A DNA stretch of 64,000 nt, from positions 64,852 through 128,851 of the forward strand of contig JACPLC010000005.1 of assembly GCA_016186695.1 (NCBI GenBank), written 5' to 3'. This stretch comes from Candidatus Kaiserbacteria bacterium (GTDB lineage: Bacteria; Patescibacteriota; Minisyncoccia; Phycocordibacterales; UBA2100). The stretch's first letter is position 1. Each line of letters begins with the position of its first letter. Positions 28,101 to 37,033 of this stretch are shown piece after piece. The notes beneath the pieces were generated by a model. That model saw nothing but the letters and a program-made list of their open reading frames with translations, was not told the origin of the DNA and did no database searches. The position numbers and the translations under genes were made by a program.

Positions 28101-31100
28101 AATTTGAAAAACGAGCGGTAGTTCTCAGTAAGAGCTGGAAGTGGAATCTCGACTTTTTCCTTCGGAAGTTCGATTGAAACTGACCATGCTTGCACGACTT
28201 CCCCTATCAGTGTCAAGGTGACACCTTGACATGCCTTCTCAAATTCATTTTGTGCACTGCGGCGCACCGAGAGAAGAATACGGCCCTGACTTTCTGAAAA
28301 GAGAATCGAGTCGGCGCGGCGGGCTTTGCCAGGAATGTTTGTGAGGTCGACATCAGCTCCGAGCTGTCCTGCGATCGAAGACTTTGCGAGCGCAACGGCA
28401 AGCCCGCCGCGGCCAACACCGAGCGCGGAAGCAATGAGACCTTTCTGAATCGCGTGAGAAACCGCATCGTATGCTTTCGCGTTCTTTTTCGCATCAACGA
28501 CCGGCACTTGTGGCAAGGTAAGACCTTGCCATTTCGCGTACTCGGAGCATCCCAACTCGTCGTTCGTTTCGCCGATGAGATAGACAAGATCCCCCACTCG
28601 TTTGAAATCGATGGTCATCGCTTTCGCGACATCGGGAATGACACCAATTGCCGAGATTAGGATCGTCGGAAGTGCGGCAATGTGTACTGGCTTTCCTTTC
28701 GCATCAAAGCCGCGGAAGTCGTTGAACATCGAGTCTTTGCCAGAGATAAAAGGTGTGCCGTATGCGGTTGCTACGTCATAACAGGCTTTCGCCGCCTGTT
28801 TCAATTCATACAAGCGCTCCGGCTTCTCGGAGGAAGACCAGCAGAAATTGTCGAGAATCGCGAGATAATCGCGCGAGGCGCCCGCGCAAATTGCATTGCG
28901 CACCGCGGTATCAATCGCCGCTGATGCCATCGCGTAGGTATCAATCTCGGAGTACCACGGCGCATAGCCTTGCGCGAGAACAATTCCACGCTCCGAATCA
29001 AAAAGTGGTTTAATCACAGCTGCATCGGCATTCACGCGCCCCTTCCCTTGCAGGGGCTTTGTCGCCGAATTTCCCTGCACCTCGTGGTCGTACTGCTGGG
29101 AAATAAATGAAATACTTCCGATGCTCGGACGTGAAAGTACATCGAGTATCGCTTTTTTCAGATCCATATTCTTTTTCTCCTCTTTATTCTTCCTTCCTAC
29201 TTCTTTCTTCTTACTTCTCTGAATTTGTACCGGACGTCCTTCATGTAGAAAATCCAGCGTCAGGTCCATCACTGTTTTCTTTACCCCGAGCGAGGTCGAG
29301 GGGCCGCCATAACGCACTACGACACGATCAGTATTTGTAAATTCCCCTATTCGCGTAGCTTCCACGTCGTGCCTGTCCATAATCTTTTTGAACGCCGCCC
29401 ACTTGCGCTTAGGCACAGCAAGCGTCATCCGCTCCTGCGATTCCGAAAGCCAAATCTGCCACGGTGAAAGTCCTGCGTATTTGAGCGGCACTTTTTCGAG
29501 ATCGACGATGCAGCCGCCGCTCTCGCGCGACATTTCCCCTACGGCTCCAGAAAGACCGCCTGCGCCGTTGTCGGTGATGGAGCTGTAAAGTCCGGCATCA
29601 CGCGCCTCGCGAATGAGCGCATCGGAGAGTTTCTTCTGCGTAATCGGATCGCCTATCTGCACGGCTGTCGCCGGAGAACCTTTTGAGAGCGCTTCCGATG
29701 AGAATGTCGCTCCGTGAATGCCGTCGAGTCCCACGCGCCCGCCTATCATCACGATGTAATCCCCCGCTTTCGCTCGTTTAAGGTCCGACCTTTGGGCGCT
29801 CTTAAGGTCGGACCTTGGTATGCGGCGGGGAATAAGACCGACCGTGCCGCCAAATACGAGCGGTTTGCCGCGATAGCTTGGATCGACAGCCACAAATCCC
29901 AGCGGCGTCGGTATCCCGCTCTGATTTCCTCCTTCGTTAATGCCCTGCACAACGCCTTCAAGAATGCGGCGCGCGGGCAAAAGCGGTTGGTTCTTTTCGC
30001 GATCGCGATAAAGCTCGCGCGCATCGTGCGGATCAGCGACGCAGAAACCGTATGTATTCGCAATGGGTTTCGCTCCCAAACCAAAACCAAGCGCATCACG
30101 GTTCACGCCGACGATAGCCGTGACCGAACCGCCAAAGGGATCGAGTGCCGAGGGTGCGTTGTGCGTTTCGACCTTGTGCGTAATGAGATACTTGTTGTCG
30201 AACGCGATCGCGCCCGAGTTGTCTTTAAACACGGAGACACAAAAATCTCCGACTTTTGTTTTATTCTTTCTTCTTTCTTCTTTCTTCTTCCTTCTGATCT
30301 CCTCTGTCGCACCTTTTATGTAGCGGTGGTAAATCCCCTCTTTCACTTCATCCAAAGGGTCGGCGAAAATCGTATGTTTGCAGTGCTCCGACCACGTTTG
30401 AGCCAGCGCTTCGAGCTCGACGTCGGTCGGGTTGCGCTTCTGCGTTCGAAAATGAGCGCGAATAACTTTCATTGCCCCGAGAGAAAGTGCGAGGGGCCCG
30501 CGCCTGCCCGCCGAAGCCTTGGCGGAGGCGGGACCGAGAATTCCCTCTCTGCTTATCTTCATCAATTCCGCGTCACTCACTTCCAAATTCACTGTGTCAG
30601 CCCTCGACGACTCGTGGAGCTTCACCTTCGGCACGACGACCGGAAATTTCCGGCCCGCCTCTGAAATGCTTGCACGCTCGACGAGCGGATTGTGCAGCTC
30701 GCGCACGAATTGTTCTACTTCGCTCTTTGATACATCGCCGGTGAAAAAAATAAAGCGGGATGAATAGACCGCCTCGCCGTCCCGAAACTTCCTTCCAATC
30801 GTATCTTCGATCGTTTCCTGCACCGTCGTCCCGAGATTGTCTGTCACTCCCGGCAGGTAGCCGATCTCTATCGCGTACGTGTAGTTTTTAGGCGCAAGAA
30901 CACTGTCCGTCGAAAATCTCTCTGTGATGGGGTTCGTAAGGCGCTCCGCTGCCCTCTGCAGTTCGCCCTGATCCAGTTTCGCGTCAACGGTATACGCGGC
31001 AGTCGTCGCGACAGCCGAAAGCCGGGTCTCGGGAAAGAGGCTTTTGAGCGTACGGAGGAGTTTCTGGGCGCGCGCGTCCTCTACCTTTGAGGAAATCGCG

Positions 31101-31114
31101 ATACGAGCCGTCAT
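28094..31114 (-). CDS. purL: FGAM synthase synthetase subunit with N-terminal PurS-like region
   Basis: QTWSEHCKH, KVETHN.PS, DGIHGATFSS, SESQERM, ISGKDS. Confidence 0.95.
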   Translation of the reverse strand: MTARIAISSKVEDARAQKLLRTLKSLFPETRLSAVATTAAYTVDAKLDQGELQRAAERLTNPITERFSTDSVLAPKNYTYAIEIGYLPGVTDNLGTTVQETIEDTIGRKFRDGEAVYSSRFIFFTGDVSKSEVEQFVRELHNPLVERASISEAGRKFPVVVPKVKLHESSRADTVNLEVSDAELMKISREGILGPASAKASAGRRGPLALSLGAMKVIRAHFRTQKRNPTDVELEALAQTWSEHCKHTIFADPLDEVKEGIYHRYIKGATEEIRRKKKEERRKNKTKVGDFCVSVFKDNSGAIAFDNKYLITHKVETHNAPSALDPFGGSVTAIVGVNRDALGFGLGAKPIANTYGFCVADPHDARELYRDREKNQPLLPARRILEGVVQGINEGGNQSGIPTPLGFVAVDPSYRGKPLVFGGTVGLIPRRIPRSDLKSAQRSDLKRAKAGDYIVMIGGRVGLDGIHGATFSSEALSKGSPATAVQIGDPITQKKLSDALIREARDAGLYSSITDNGAGGLSGAVGEMSRESGGCIVDLEKVPLKYAGLSPWQIWLSESQERMTLAVPKRKWAAFKKIMDRHDVEATRIGEFTNTDRVVVRYGGPSTSLGVKKTVMDLTLDFLHEGRPVQIQRSKKKEVGRKNKEEKKNMDLKKAILDVLSRPSIGSISFISQQYDHEVQGNSATKPLQGKGRVNADAAVIKPLFDSERGIVLAQGYAPWYSEIDTYAMASAAIDTAVRNAICAGASRDYLAILDNFCWSSSEKPERLYELKQAAKACYDVATAYGTPFISGKDSMFNDFRGFDAKGKPVHIAALPTILISAIGVIPDVAKAMTIDFKRVGDLVYLIGETNDELGCSEYAKWQGLTLPQVPVVDAKKNAKAYDAVSHAIQKGLIASALGVGRGGLAVALAKSSIAGQLGADVDLTNIPGKARRADSILFSESQGRILLSVRRSAQNEFEKACQGVTLTLIGEVVQAWSVSIELPKEKVEIPLPALTENYRSFFKLW

Positions 31115-31158
31115 ACCCCACCATACTAGCATCGGGGCTAATAATCAAGTACCGTGAC

Positions 31159-32169
31159 ATGATGGCGAGACAGCAAAAAGAAAGCCTGCTTTTGCCCCAG
31201 CTGCTCAAAAAAATTGCGCCTACCATCGGCGCCCGAGTATATATCGAGCCGGAATGGGGCATCGCCGGCCAGATCACCTTTCGCGACGGGAAAAAGCGCT
31301 ACTTCCGGTACAACACACTCGACCTCAATCCCGTCGGCTCCTCCGATATCGCGAAGGACAAAGACTACGCGAATGTCTTTATGAAGCGCATGGGCTACCG
31401 CACTGTGCCCGGCAAAGCGTTCTACTCGAACGAGTGGTGCAAGCAGATAGGCTCAAAACGAGATATTCGTGCTGCGTACCGCTACGCGCGGAAACTCGGA
31501 CTTCCCGTCGTCGTGAAGCCCAACGAAGGGAGTCATGGCACGGGCGTATTTCTTGTGCGCAACAAACGGGAGTTTATGCCTGCAATGCGCCACATATTCA
31601 AAGAAGATCGGGTCGCCTTGGTACAGCGCGTCGTGCGTGGCAAAGATTACCGAATCGTCGTTCTCGACAGCTCTGTGATTTCTGCATATGAGCGCATTCC
31701 CCTCTCCGTGGTCGGCGATGGCTCTTCGAGTATCAAGCAGCTTTTGAAAAAGAAACAAAAGCGGTTCCGCGCGGGCGGCCGCGACACGCGCATCCGCCTC
31801 GATGACATCCGTATCTCCCACAAACTCGGGATGCAAAAACTCGCGCTCCGCTCCGTGCCCGAGCGCGGCAAACGGATTTACCTTCTCGACAACGCAAACC
31901 TCTCCTCTGGCGGCGACGCGGTGGATGTGACGAAACCAATTCATCCCGAATTTAAAAAACTCGCGGTCAAACTCACGCGCGACATGGGCCTTCGCCTCTC
32001 CGGTGTCGATCTCATGGTCGCGGGCGACATCCGAAACGCACCAAAAAAATACTGGGTGCTGGAAATAAACGCTGCTCCCGGCCTCGACCACTACGTCCAA
32101 ACCGGCCTCGCCCAACAAAAAATTGTTGAAAATCTCTACCTCAAGGTTCTTCGATCAATGGCCAAATAG
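31159..32169 (+). CDS. ATP-grasp ligase (cyanophycin synthetase / GshF-like ATP-grasp)
   Basis: VVKPNEGSHGTGV, DYRIVV, ANLSSGG, GVDL, LEINAAPG. Confidence 0.85.
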   Translation: MMARQQKESLLLPQLLKKIAPTIGARVYIEPEWGIAGQITFRDGKKRYFRYNTLDLNPVGSSDIAKDKDYANVFMKRMGYRTVPGKAFYSNEWCKQIGSKRDIRAAYRYARKLGLPVVVKPNEGSHGTGVFLVRNKREFMPAMRHIFKEDRVALVQRVVRGKDYRIVVLDSSVISAYERIPLSVVGDGSSSIKQLLKKKQKRFRAGGRDTRIRLDDIRISHKLGMQKLALRSVPERGKRIYLLDNANLSSGGDAVDVTKPIHPEFKKLAVKLTRDMGLRLSGVDLMVAGDIRNAPKKYWVLEINAAPGLDHYVQTGLAQQKIVENLYLKVLRSMAK

Positions 32170-32324
32170 CGCCACAAATTGACAACCCCTGCCAATCGTG
32201 GTTGTCTATACGCTAGTGCCGTTCACCTATCTTTCGGCTCTTAAAAGTGGGACTCAAACTGCAGGCAACACCTGCAGAATCGCAACCGCTCTGGCAGCAG
32301 GGCACATTCAAGGGAAGAAACCCA

Positions 32325-33554
32325 ATGAACCTCGCGAGTAACTCAAACGCGCGTGCCGCCGCTCCACTGTCGATTGTCTGGGGTGCTCGCACCCCGGCGG
32401 AACGTGGACCAATCATTGCGACGTTGCGCAACCCAGCGCAACGCAACGCTATCGGCATGCATGCCGGTGGCTATTCGATCTATCGCGGTCTCGCGGTCGC
32501 GATGGGCGCCTTGCCAAGCAATCACGTGCCGGATCTTACCAATACGGCACCATCTGACCGGCTTGGCCCCCACCCGCAGTGGATGCGCGAGGATACCATC
32601 GTATCGCTCGATCCATGGGGTCATATGGTAGGCGAGGTGTTCGCTGACCATCTCGCGCGCGACTGTGCCATCTTCCCGACGATCGCAGCCGCGCGTGCGC
32701 ACATTGACGTTCCCGAGATCCGAGCTGCAATCGCAGCAGGCCAGTTCAGGTGCGACGGCGAGATCGTTGCGCCGACGGGTAGCGTTCGCGTGATGAAGGC
32801 AGCGATTGATCCCGTGTGGTACCTACCCGGTATCGCACAGCGACTCGGCCTGACCGAAACAGCGCTCCGTGAAAGTATCTACGAGCAGAGCGGCGGGATG
32901 TACAGCGAATTGGTAGAACGTCCCGACCTCAAGGTCTTTCTTCCGCCCATCGGCGGCACGTCGGTCTATGTGTTTGGGGACCCCGCAAAGCTCAGCGATC
33001 GCACGACACCGCTAGCGTGTCGCGTCCACGACGAGTGCAACGGATCGGACGTCTTTGGATCTGATATCTGCACCTGTCGGCCGTATCTTGCCCACGGGAT
33101 TAAGGTCTGCGTCCAGATGGCACAGATGGGCGGCGTCGGCCTGATCGTCTACAATCGCAAAGAAGGTCGTGCGCTCGGCGAGGTCATCAAACTCCTTGTC
33201 TACAACGCGCGTAAGCGGCAGACCGGCGGCGATACCGCCGACAACTACTTCTTGCGAACGGAGTGCATAGCCGGCGTGCGTGACATGCGCTTGCAGATGC
33301 TCATGCCAGATGTGCTGCATTGGCTGGGTGTCTCGAAGATCCATCAGTTCGTCAGCATGAGCAACGACAAGCGTGACGCGATCCTGAAAAGCGGTATTGA
33401 GATCGGGGAGCAAGTCTGCCTCCCCGACGAACTCGTGCCGAGCGACGCTCAAGTCGAGCTTGCCGCCAAGATCGCGGCTGGCTATTTCACGCCCCCGACT
33501 GTTTCGGCGCGTGATCGACTCGAGATCGTGAAAGGTCGCGACGAGCGAGCGTGA
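32325..33554 (+). CDS. URC1-like GTP cyclohydrolase II family protein with N-terminal extension
   Basis: RGPIIAT...RNAIG.H.G.Y, RVHDECNGSDVFGSDICTCRPYL, RKEGRALGEV.K. Confidence 0.9.
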   Translation: MNLASNSNARAAAPLSIVWGARTPAERGPIIATLRNPAQRNAIGMHAGGYSIYRGLAVAMGALPSNHVPDLTNTAPSDRLGPHPQWMREDTIVSLDPWGHMVGEVFADHLARDCAIFPTIAAARAHIDVPEIRAAIAAGQFRCDGEIVAPTGSVRVMKAAIDPVWYLPGIAQRLGLTETALRESIYEQSGGMYSELVERPDLKVFLPPIGGTSVYVFGDPAKLSDRTTPLACRVHDECNGSDVFGSDICTCRPYLAHGIKVCVQMAQMGGVGLIVYNRKEGRALGEVIKLLVYNARKRQTGGDTADNYFLRTECIAGVRDMRLQMLMPDVLHWLGVSKIHQFVSMSNDKRDAILKSGIEIGEQVCLPDELVPSDAQVELAAKIAAGYFTPPTVSARDRLEIVKGRDERA

Positions 33555-33584
33555 CAGGTTCAATCCTGCACCTCGCAAACAAAA

Positions 33585-33615
33585 GCCCTCGGCGCTGAGC
33601 CGGGGGCACTTTTTT
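33585..33615 (+). terminator. Intrinsic terminator
   Basis: GCCCTCGGC-gctga-GCCGGGGGC then T-run. Confidence 0.7.
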
Positions 33616-33626
33616 ATACCAAATAT

Positions 33627-33655
33627 TTGACAATCCCACGAATCGTGATTATATT
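33627..33655 (+). promoter_or_regulatory. Sigma70-type promoter
   Basis: TTGACA-N17-TATATT upstream of the trpF-like operon. Confidence 0.65.
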
Positions 33656-33717
33656 TTTCGAAGTGCGATGCTTGAAACATCGCCGAAAAGAGAGTCACAA
33701 ACAAGGGAGGATGGCCC

Positions 33718-34497
33718 ATGAGGCCCCCATCATATGTCGGGATCACGGGATATGAGGCCGCGGCACAAGTCGCTGCGGTGCGAAATTCTGTGTCTGCCGA
33801 TCGTCTGCTGATGGTCGGCTGTGGCATGCGGGGACACCCGATCCACTGGGCCCCGGACAAGTGGCCCAACCGATGCCCGCATCCAGACCAGCTACCGGCT
33901 ATCTTCGGATCACTGCCTAATGTGCTCAACATATTGCACTTCACTCTTTTGGAGGGATGCGACTTGTATGAACACATGTGCATGGCACACAAGGTTGCCG
34001 GACTGAACTTCCACGGCTTCCAACTCAATACGCCGTGGCCGGATGTTGATTCTCTGGTCCGGTATAAATCCCGGTTCCAGGGTGCAGTCATCACGATACC
34101 GCTTCAACGAGAGGCACTGGACATCGTCGACTGGGATCCCAAGGGGATCGCGCGAAAGCTCAAAGGGTATGAGGATGTCGCCGATTACGCCTTGATCGAC
34201 CCAAGTGCGGGCTACGGCCAAGAACTTGATGTGCGGTTTACGCGTAGTTGCTTCGACGCGATCTTTGCGCTCATGCCGAACGTCGGCCTCGTTGCCGCGG
34301 GCGGCTTGTTTGCCGACAACGTTGAAGAGAAGCTCGAGGATCTCCTCAAGGAGTTTCCTCTTGGTACGGACGCGGAAGGAAAACTCCGCACATCGGACGA
34401 TCACCTCGGCGTAGCGGAGGCAATCCGGTACGTTCAAACTACCGATGCGCTTCTTCGGAAGTATGAAGCAAAACGCAATCCACAACTGCTCAAATGA
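33718..34497 (+). CDS. TrpF/PRAI-like TIM-barrel protein
   Basis: YVGITG, FQLN, ALIDPSAGYG, AAGGL.ADNV, TDAEGKLR; GGAGG SD. Confidence 0.7.
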   Translation: MRPPSYVGITGYEAAAQVAAVRNSVSADRLLMVGCGMRGHPIHWAPDKWPNRCPHPDQLPAIFGSLPNVLNILHFTLLEGCDLYEHMCMAHKVAGLNFHGFQLNTPWPDVDSLVRYKSRFQGAVITIPLQREALDIVDWDPKGIARKLKGYEDVADYALIDPSAGYGQELDVRFTRSCFDAIFALMPNVGLVAAGGLFADNVEEKLEDLLKEFPLGTDAEGKLRTSDDHLGVAEAIRYVQTTDALLRKYEAKRNPQLLK

Positions 34498-34515
34498 AAT
34501 GACGGAGGAGTACCA

Positions 34516-35103
34516 ATGGCAATCAAGAGCACGATGCAACTGGAAACTTCGTTCGGGGTCTTCCAGACTTCCTACCACGATATCAATGGCAAGATGATCG
34601 TGTCGTTTGCGTGCAACGACGTAATGTCGCAAATACCGCTTGTGCGCATGCACTCCGGCTGCATCTTTGGCGACGTGTTTCATTCGCTGCACTGCGACTG
34701 CGGTCAGCAGAAAGACGCAGCCATGCGAGCGATCAAACGGCATGGCCGCGGGGTCTTCCTGTACTCGCCCTTCCAAGAAGGTCGGGGACACGGCCTCGAG
34801 GTCAAGATCCGCGAGATGGCTATCCAGCGCGAGAAGGGTCTGGACACCATCGAGGCGTTCAGGTCCATCGGACTGGAGCCCGACATCCGAACGTACGAGA
34901 GGGAGGTCGCGGTTCTCAAAGAGCTCGGCGTTCCAAGGGCGATCATCCACTTCAGTGGCAACCCCCACAAAAGGGCGGCGCTGGAGGCGGAGGGCTTCGT
35001 TGTTGAACAGATCGAATGGTGCGAACCGCTCGGTGAGCTCGCGGCGGCGGAGCGCGGCCTGAAGAAATCAAGGCTGAACTACGCCTACCGCGACGAGCAA
35101 TAA
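34516..35103 (+). CDS. ribA: GTP cyclohydrolase II
   Basis: VRMHSGC..GDVF.S..CDCG.Q, QEGRGHGL..K, DIRTY, NPHK. Confidence 0.9.
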   Translation: MAIKSTMQLETSFGVFQTSYHDINGKMIVSFACNDVMSQIPLVRMHSGCIFGDVFHSLHCDCGQQKDAAMRAIKRHGRGVFLYSPFQEGRGHGLEVKIREMAIQREKGLDTIEAFRSIGLEPDIRTYEREVAVLKELGVPRAIIHFSGNPHKRAALEAEGFVVEQIEWCEPLGELAAAERGLKKSRLNYAYRDEQ

Positions 35104-35114
35104 GGAGCGGTTCG

Positions 35115-35699
35115 ATGGTCAGACTTCATCGGATACATCGCTCCCCCATGTTCGCGTCGGCGAGCTTGGACGACATTTGGAAGAGAACGAGGCGTTCACT
35201 TGGGCGCATCGCTCACGACCAGCGGCGGTTCGCCGTTTCTCCGCGGCCCGATAATCCGTTCGACGTCGGCGCCGGGATGGCGTTGCTAACTCCAAAGCGC
35301 GAGCTGATGTGTATCGGCACGAGCAACTACAAGCAGGCGGTCGGACCACGAAAACACAAGTGTCCCGACCACTGTGCGGAGATGTATGGCATCGCCACCG
35401 CACGAAAAATGAAATGCAAGATCATCGGCATGGTGATCGAAGCGCCTCCGCAGCCGGATGACTACAGCGGCTTCTTCAAGCATGAGGTAACCGTGTCCTG
35501 CGTGTTCTGCCGGCATGAGTACCGGTTGGAACTGAAGGATCCGGACAGTCCTCTCATGCCGGAGACATGGTTGCGGTTCAACCATCCGACGAACCGGAAA
35601 AAGTTCTTCGAGAAGCAGGTGGCGGCGTTTCTCGCGCTGTTCCCGAACGACCCGAATGAACTCAACCCAATGCACCTTGCTAACCGGGGCGGCCCATGA
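35115..35699 (+). CDS. Cytidine-deaminase-fold protein
   Basis: F.VGA, N.K, CAE and SCVFCR zinc motifs; AAGGAG SD. Confidence 0.65.
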   Translation: MVRLHRIHRSPMFASASLDDIWKRTRRSLGRIAHDQRRFAVSPRPDNPFDVGAGMALLTPKRELMCIGTSNYKQAVGPRKHKCPDHCAEMYGIATARKMKCKIIGMVIEAPPQPDDYSGFFKHEVTVSCVFCRHEYRLELKDPDSPLMPETWLRFNHPTNRKKFFEKQVAAFLALFPNDPNELNPMHLANRGGP

Positions 35700-35719
35700 C
35701 TGGACCGCCCCACAACTTT

Positions 35720-36229
35720 TTAATGTTCGCGCACTAGATCTACGTATTTGTATTTGATGCCGTTCCATTCGTGTTCTTCTTCGAAGACTTTTTTGGTGAA
35801 CTCCTTTTCATATGGCGGGAAAAAGGTGTCGGCTTCGCCTTCTGCGTCGATGAGTGTGAGGTAGAGCTTGTCGATTTGCGGAAGCGCTTCTTTGTAAATC
35901 TCCGCTCCCCCGCCGATGTGTATCTCATCGCCCCCCGGCGCATCTTTTGCTTTCTCCAAAGCCTCATCGAGCGAGTGCGCGACGATAACGCCCTCGTACG
36001 TCCAGTTAGGGTCGCGGGTAATGACGATGTTTGTCCTATCCGGCAGGGGCGAGCCGCGGTAGCCCACAATGGATTCAAATGTTTTCCGCCCCATGATGAG
36101 CGGGTGCCCGCGCGTGAGGTCGCGGAAACGCTGAACGTCGGCCGGAATTTTCCAAAGAAGCTTATTATCTTTACCGAGCTCCCTATTGCGCCCTATGGCG
36201 ACGACCGCCGCAACTATTGGTTCCTTCAT
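35720..36229 (-). CDS. folA: Dihydrofolate reductase
   Basis: LG.DNKLLW.IP.D, IMGRKTFESI, PLPDRTNIVITR, GGAEIY, ADTFFP. Confidence 0.96.
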   Translation of the reverse strand: MKEPIVAAVVAIGRNRELGKDNKLLWKIPADVQRFRDLTRGHPLIMGRKTFESIVGYRGSPLPDRTNIVITRDPNWTYEGVIVAHSLDEALEKAKDAPGGDEIHIGGGAEIYKEALPQIDKLYLTLIDAEGEADTFFPPYEKEFTKKVFEEEHEWNGIKYKYVDLVREH

Positions 36230-36256
36230 GCTTCTGATATTACCATTTCTGCTTTC

Positions 36257-36282
36257 ATCACGATGAGGTGTCACCTCATCGT
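36257..36282. repeat. REP-like palindrome flanking RAYT
   Basis: ACGATGAGGTG-T-CACCTCATCGT; identical copy at 36972. Confidence 0.85.
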
Positions 36283-36959
36283 TAACGCTCGAAACGATCG
36301 GTTCTTACCTCTTCGTAGTAAGATCGCGCATCGGCAAGCATGCGAGAAAGAGGAATCTGATCGGCAATTTCAAAACCCTCTTTCGAGAGAACGGGATGTT
36401 TCGGTTGTTTATTTTCGTAGCTGGCAAGGCTGGAATAAGGATACTGCGCGAGCTTTTCGTGCAGCGACCTCATATTTTTTACAACTCCCTGCTTCCATCC
36501 AGGCTCATACAATTCTGCCGGGTTGAGGTGAATGTATTGGATCACGTGCTGAAAGTACCGGTCAGTCGCAATATGCCGCGACCGAAACGGCCTCAAAAAA
36601 ACGTTGCCTACCCGTTTGTTCCTTGCATTGAAATACATCGCATATGCTGTTCCCACTTTTTTCAGAAACGACGAAATGCCGCCAACTGTGTGTTCTTTCA
36701 GTAGCAAATGGAAATGGTTTGGCATTAAACAAAACGCACCAATCGACACGATTGCTTGTCCGCGTTCTACCAGAAATGATTTTTCCACCCGCGGCTTGTA
36801 TGTATTAAAAAGACCTATCGGCTTGGTCCCATTTGCAAGATAAAGGAGCATTATAAAACGATTCGCATCGTACTCATTCTCGAAAACCTTTCGTTTTTCA
36901 ACGCCTCGATTAAAACAGTGATACCACTCGCCAATTTCAAAAGGTGGACGATTGGCCAT
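36282..36959 (-). mobile_element. REP-associated tyrosine transposase (RAYT, Y1/HUH)
   Basis: YHCFNRG, FCLMPNHFHLL (HUH), YFN, YIHLNP, YPYSS; flanked by identical palindromes. Confidence 0.9.
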
Positions 36960-36971
36960 GTGAGCAAGTAT

Positions 36972-36997
36972 ATCACGATGAGGTGTCACCTCATCGT
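36972..36997. repeat. REP-like palindrome flanking RAYT
   Basis: ATCACGATGAGGTGTCACCTCATCGT. Confidence 0.85.
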
Positions 36998-37033
36998 GAG
37001 GGACCGCGAGGAAGCGATTACAATTACCAACAT

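Noticed and set aside
31159-32169. Cyanophycin synthetase call
   Set aside because: Only the ATP-grasp part is present; no Mur-ligase domain and no cyanophycinase nearby
33012-34968. Long minus-strand ORFs (360 and 352 aa)
   Set aside because: Antisense shadows of plus-strand genes that have clear motifs and SD sites
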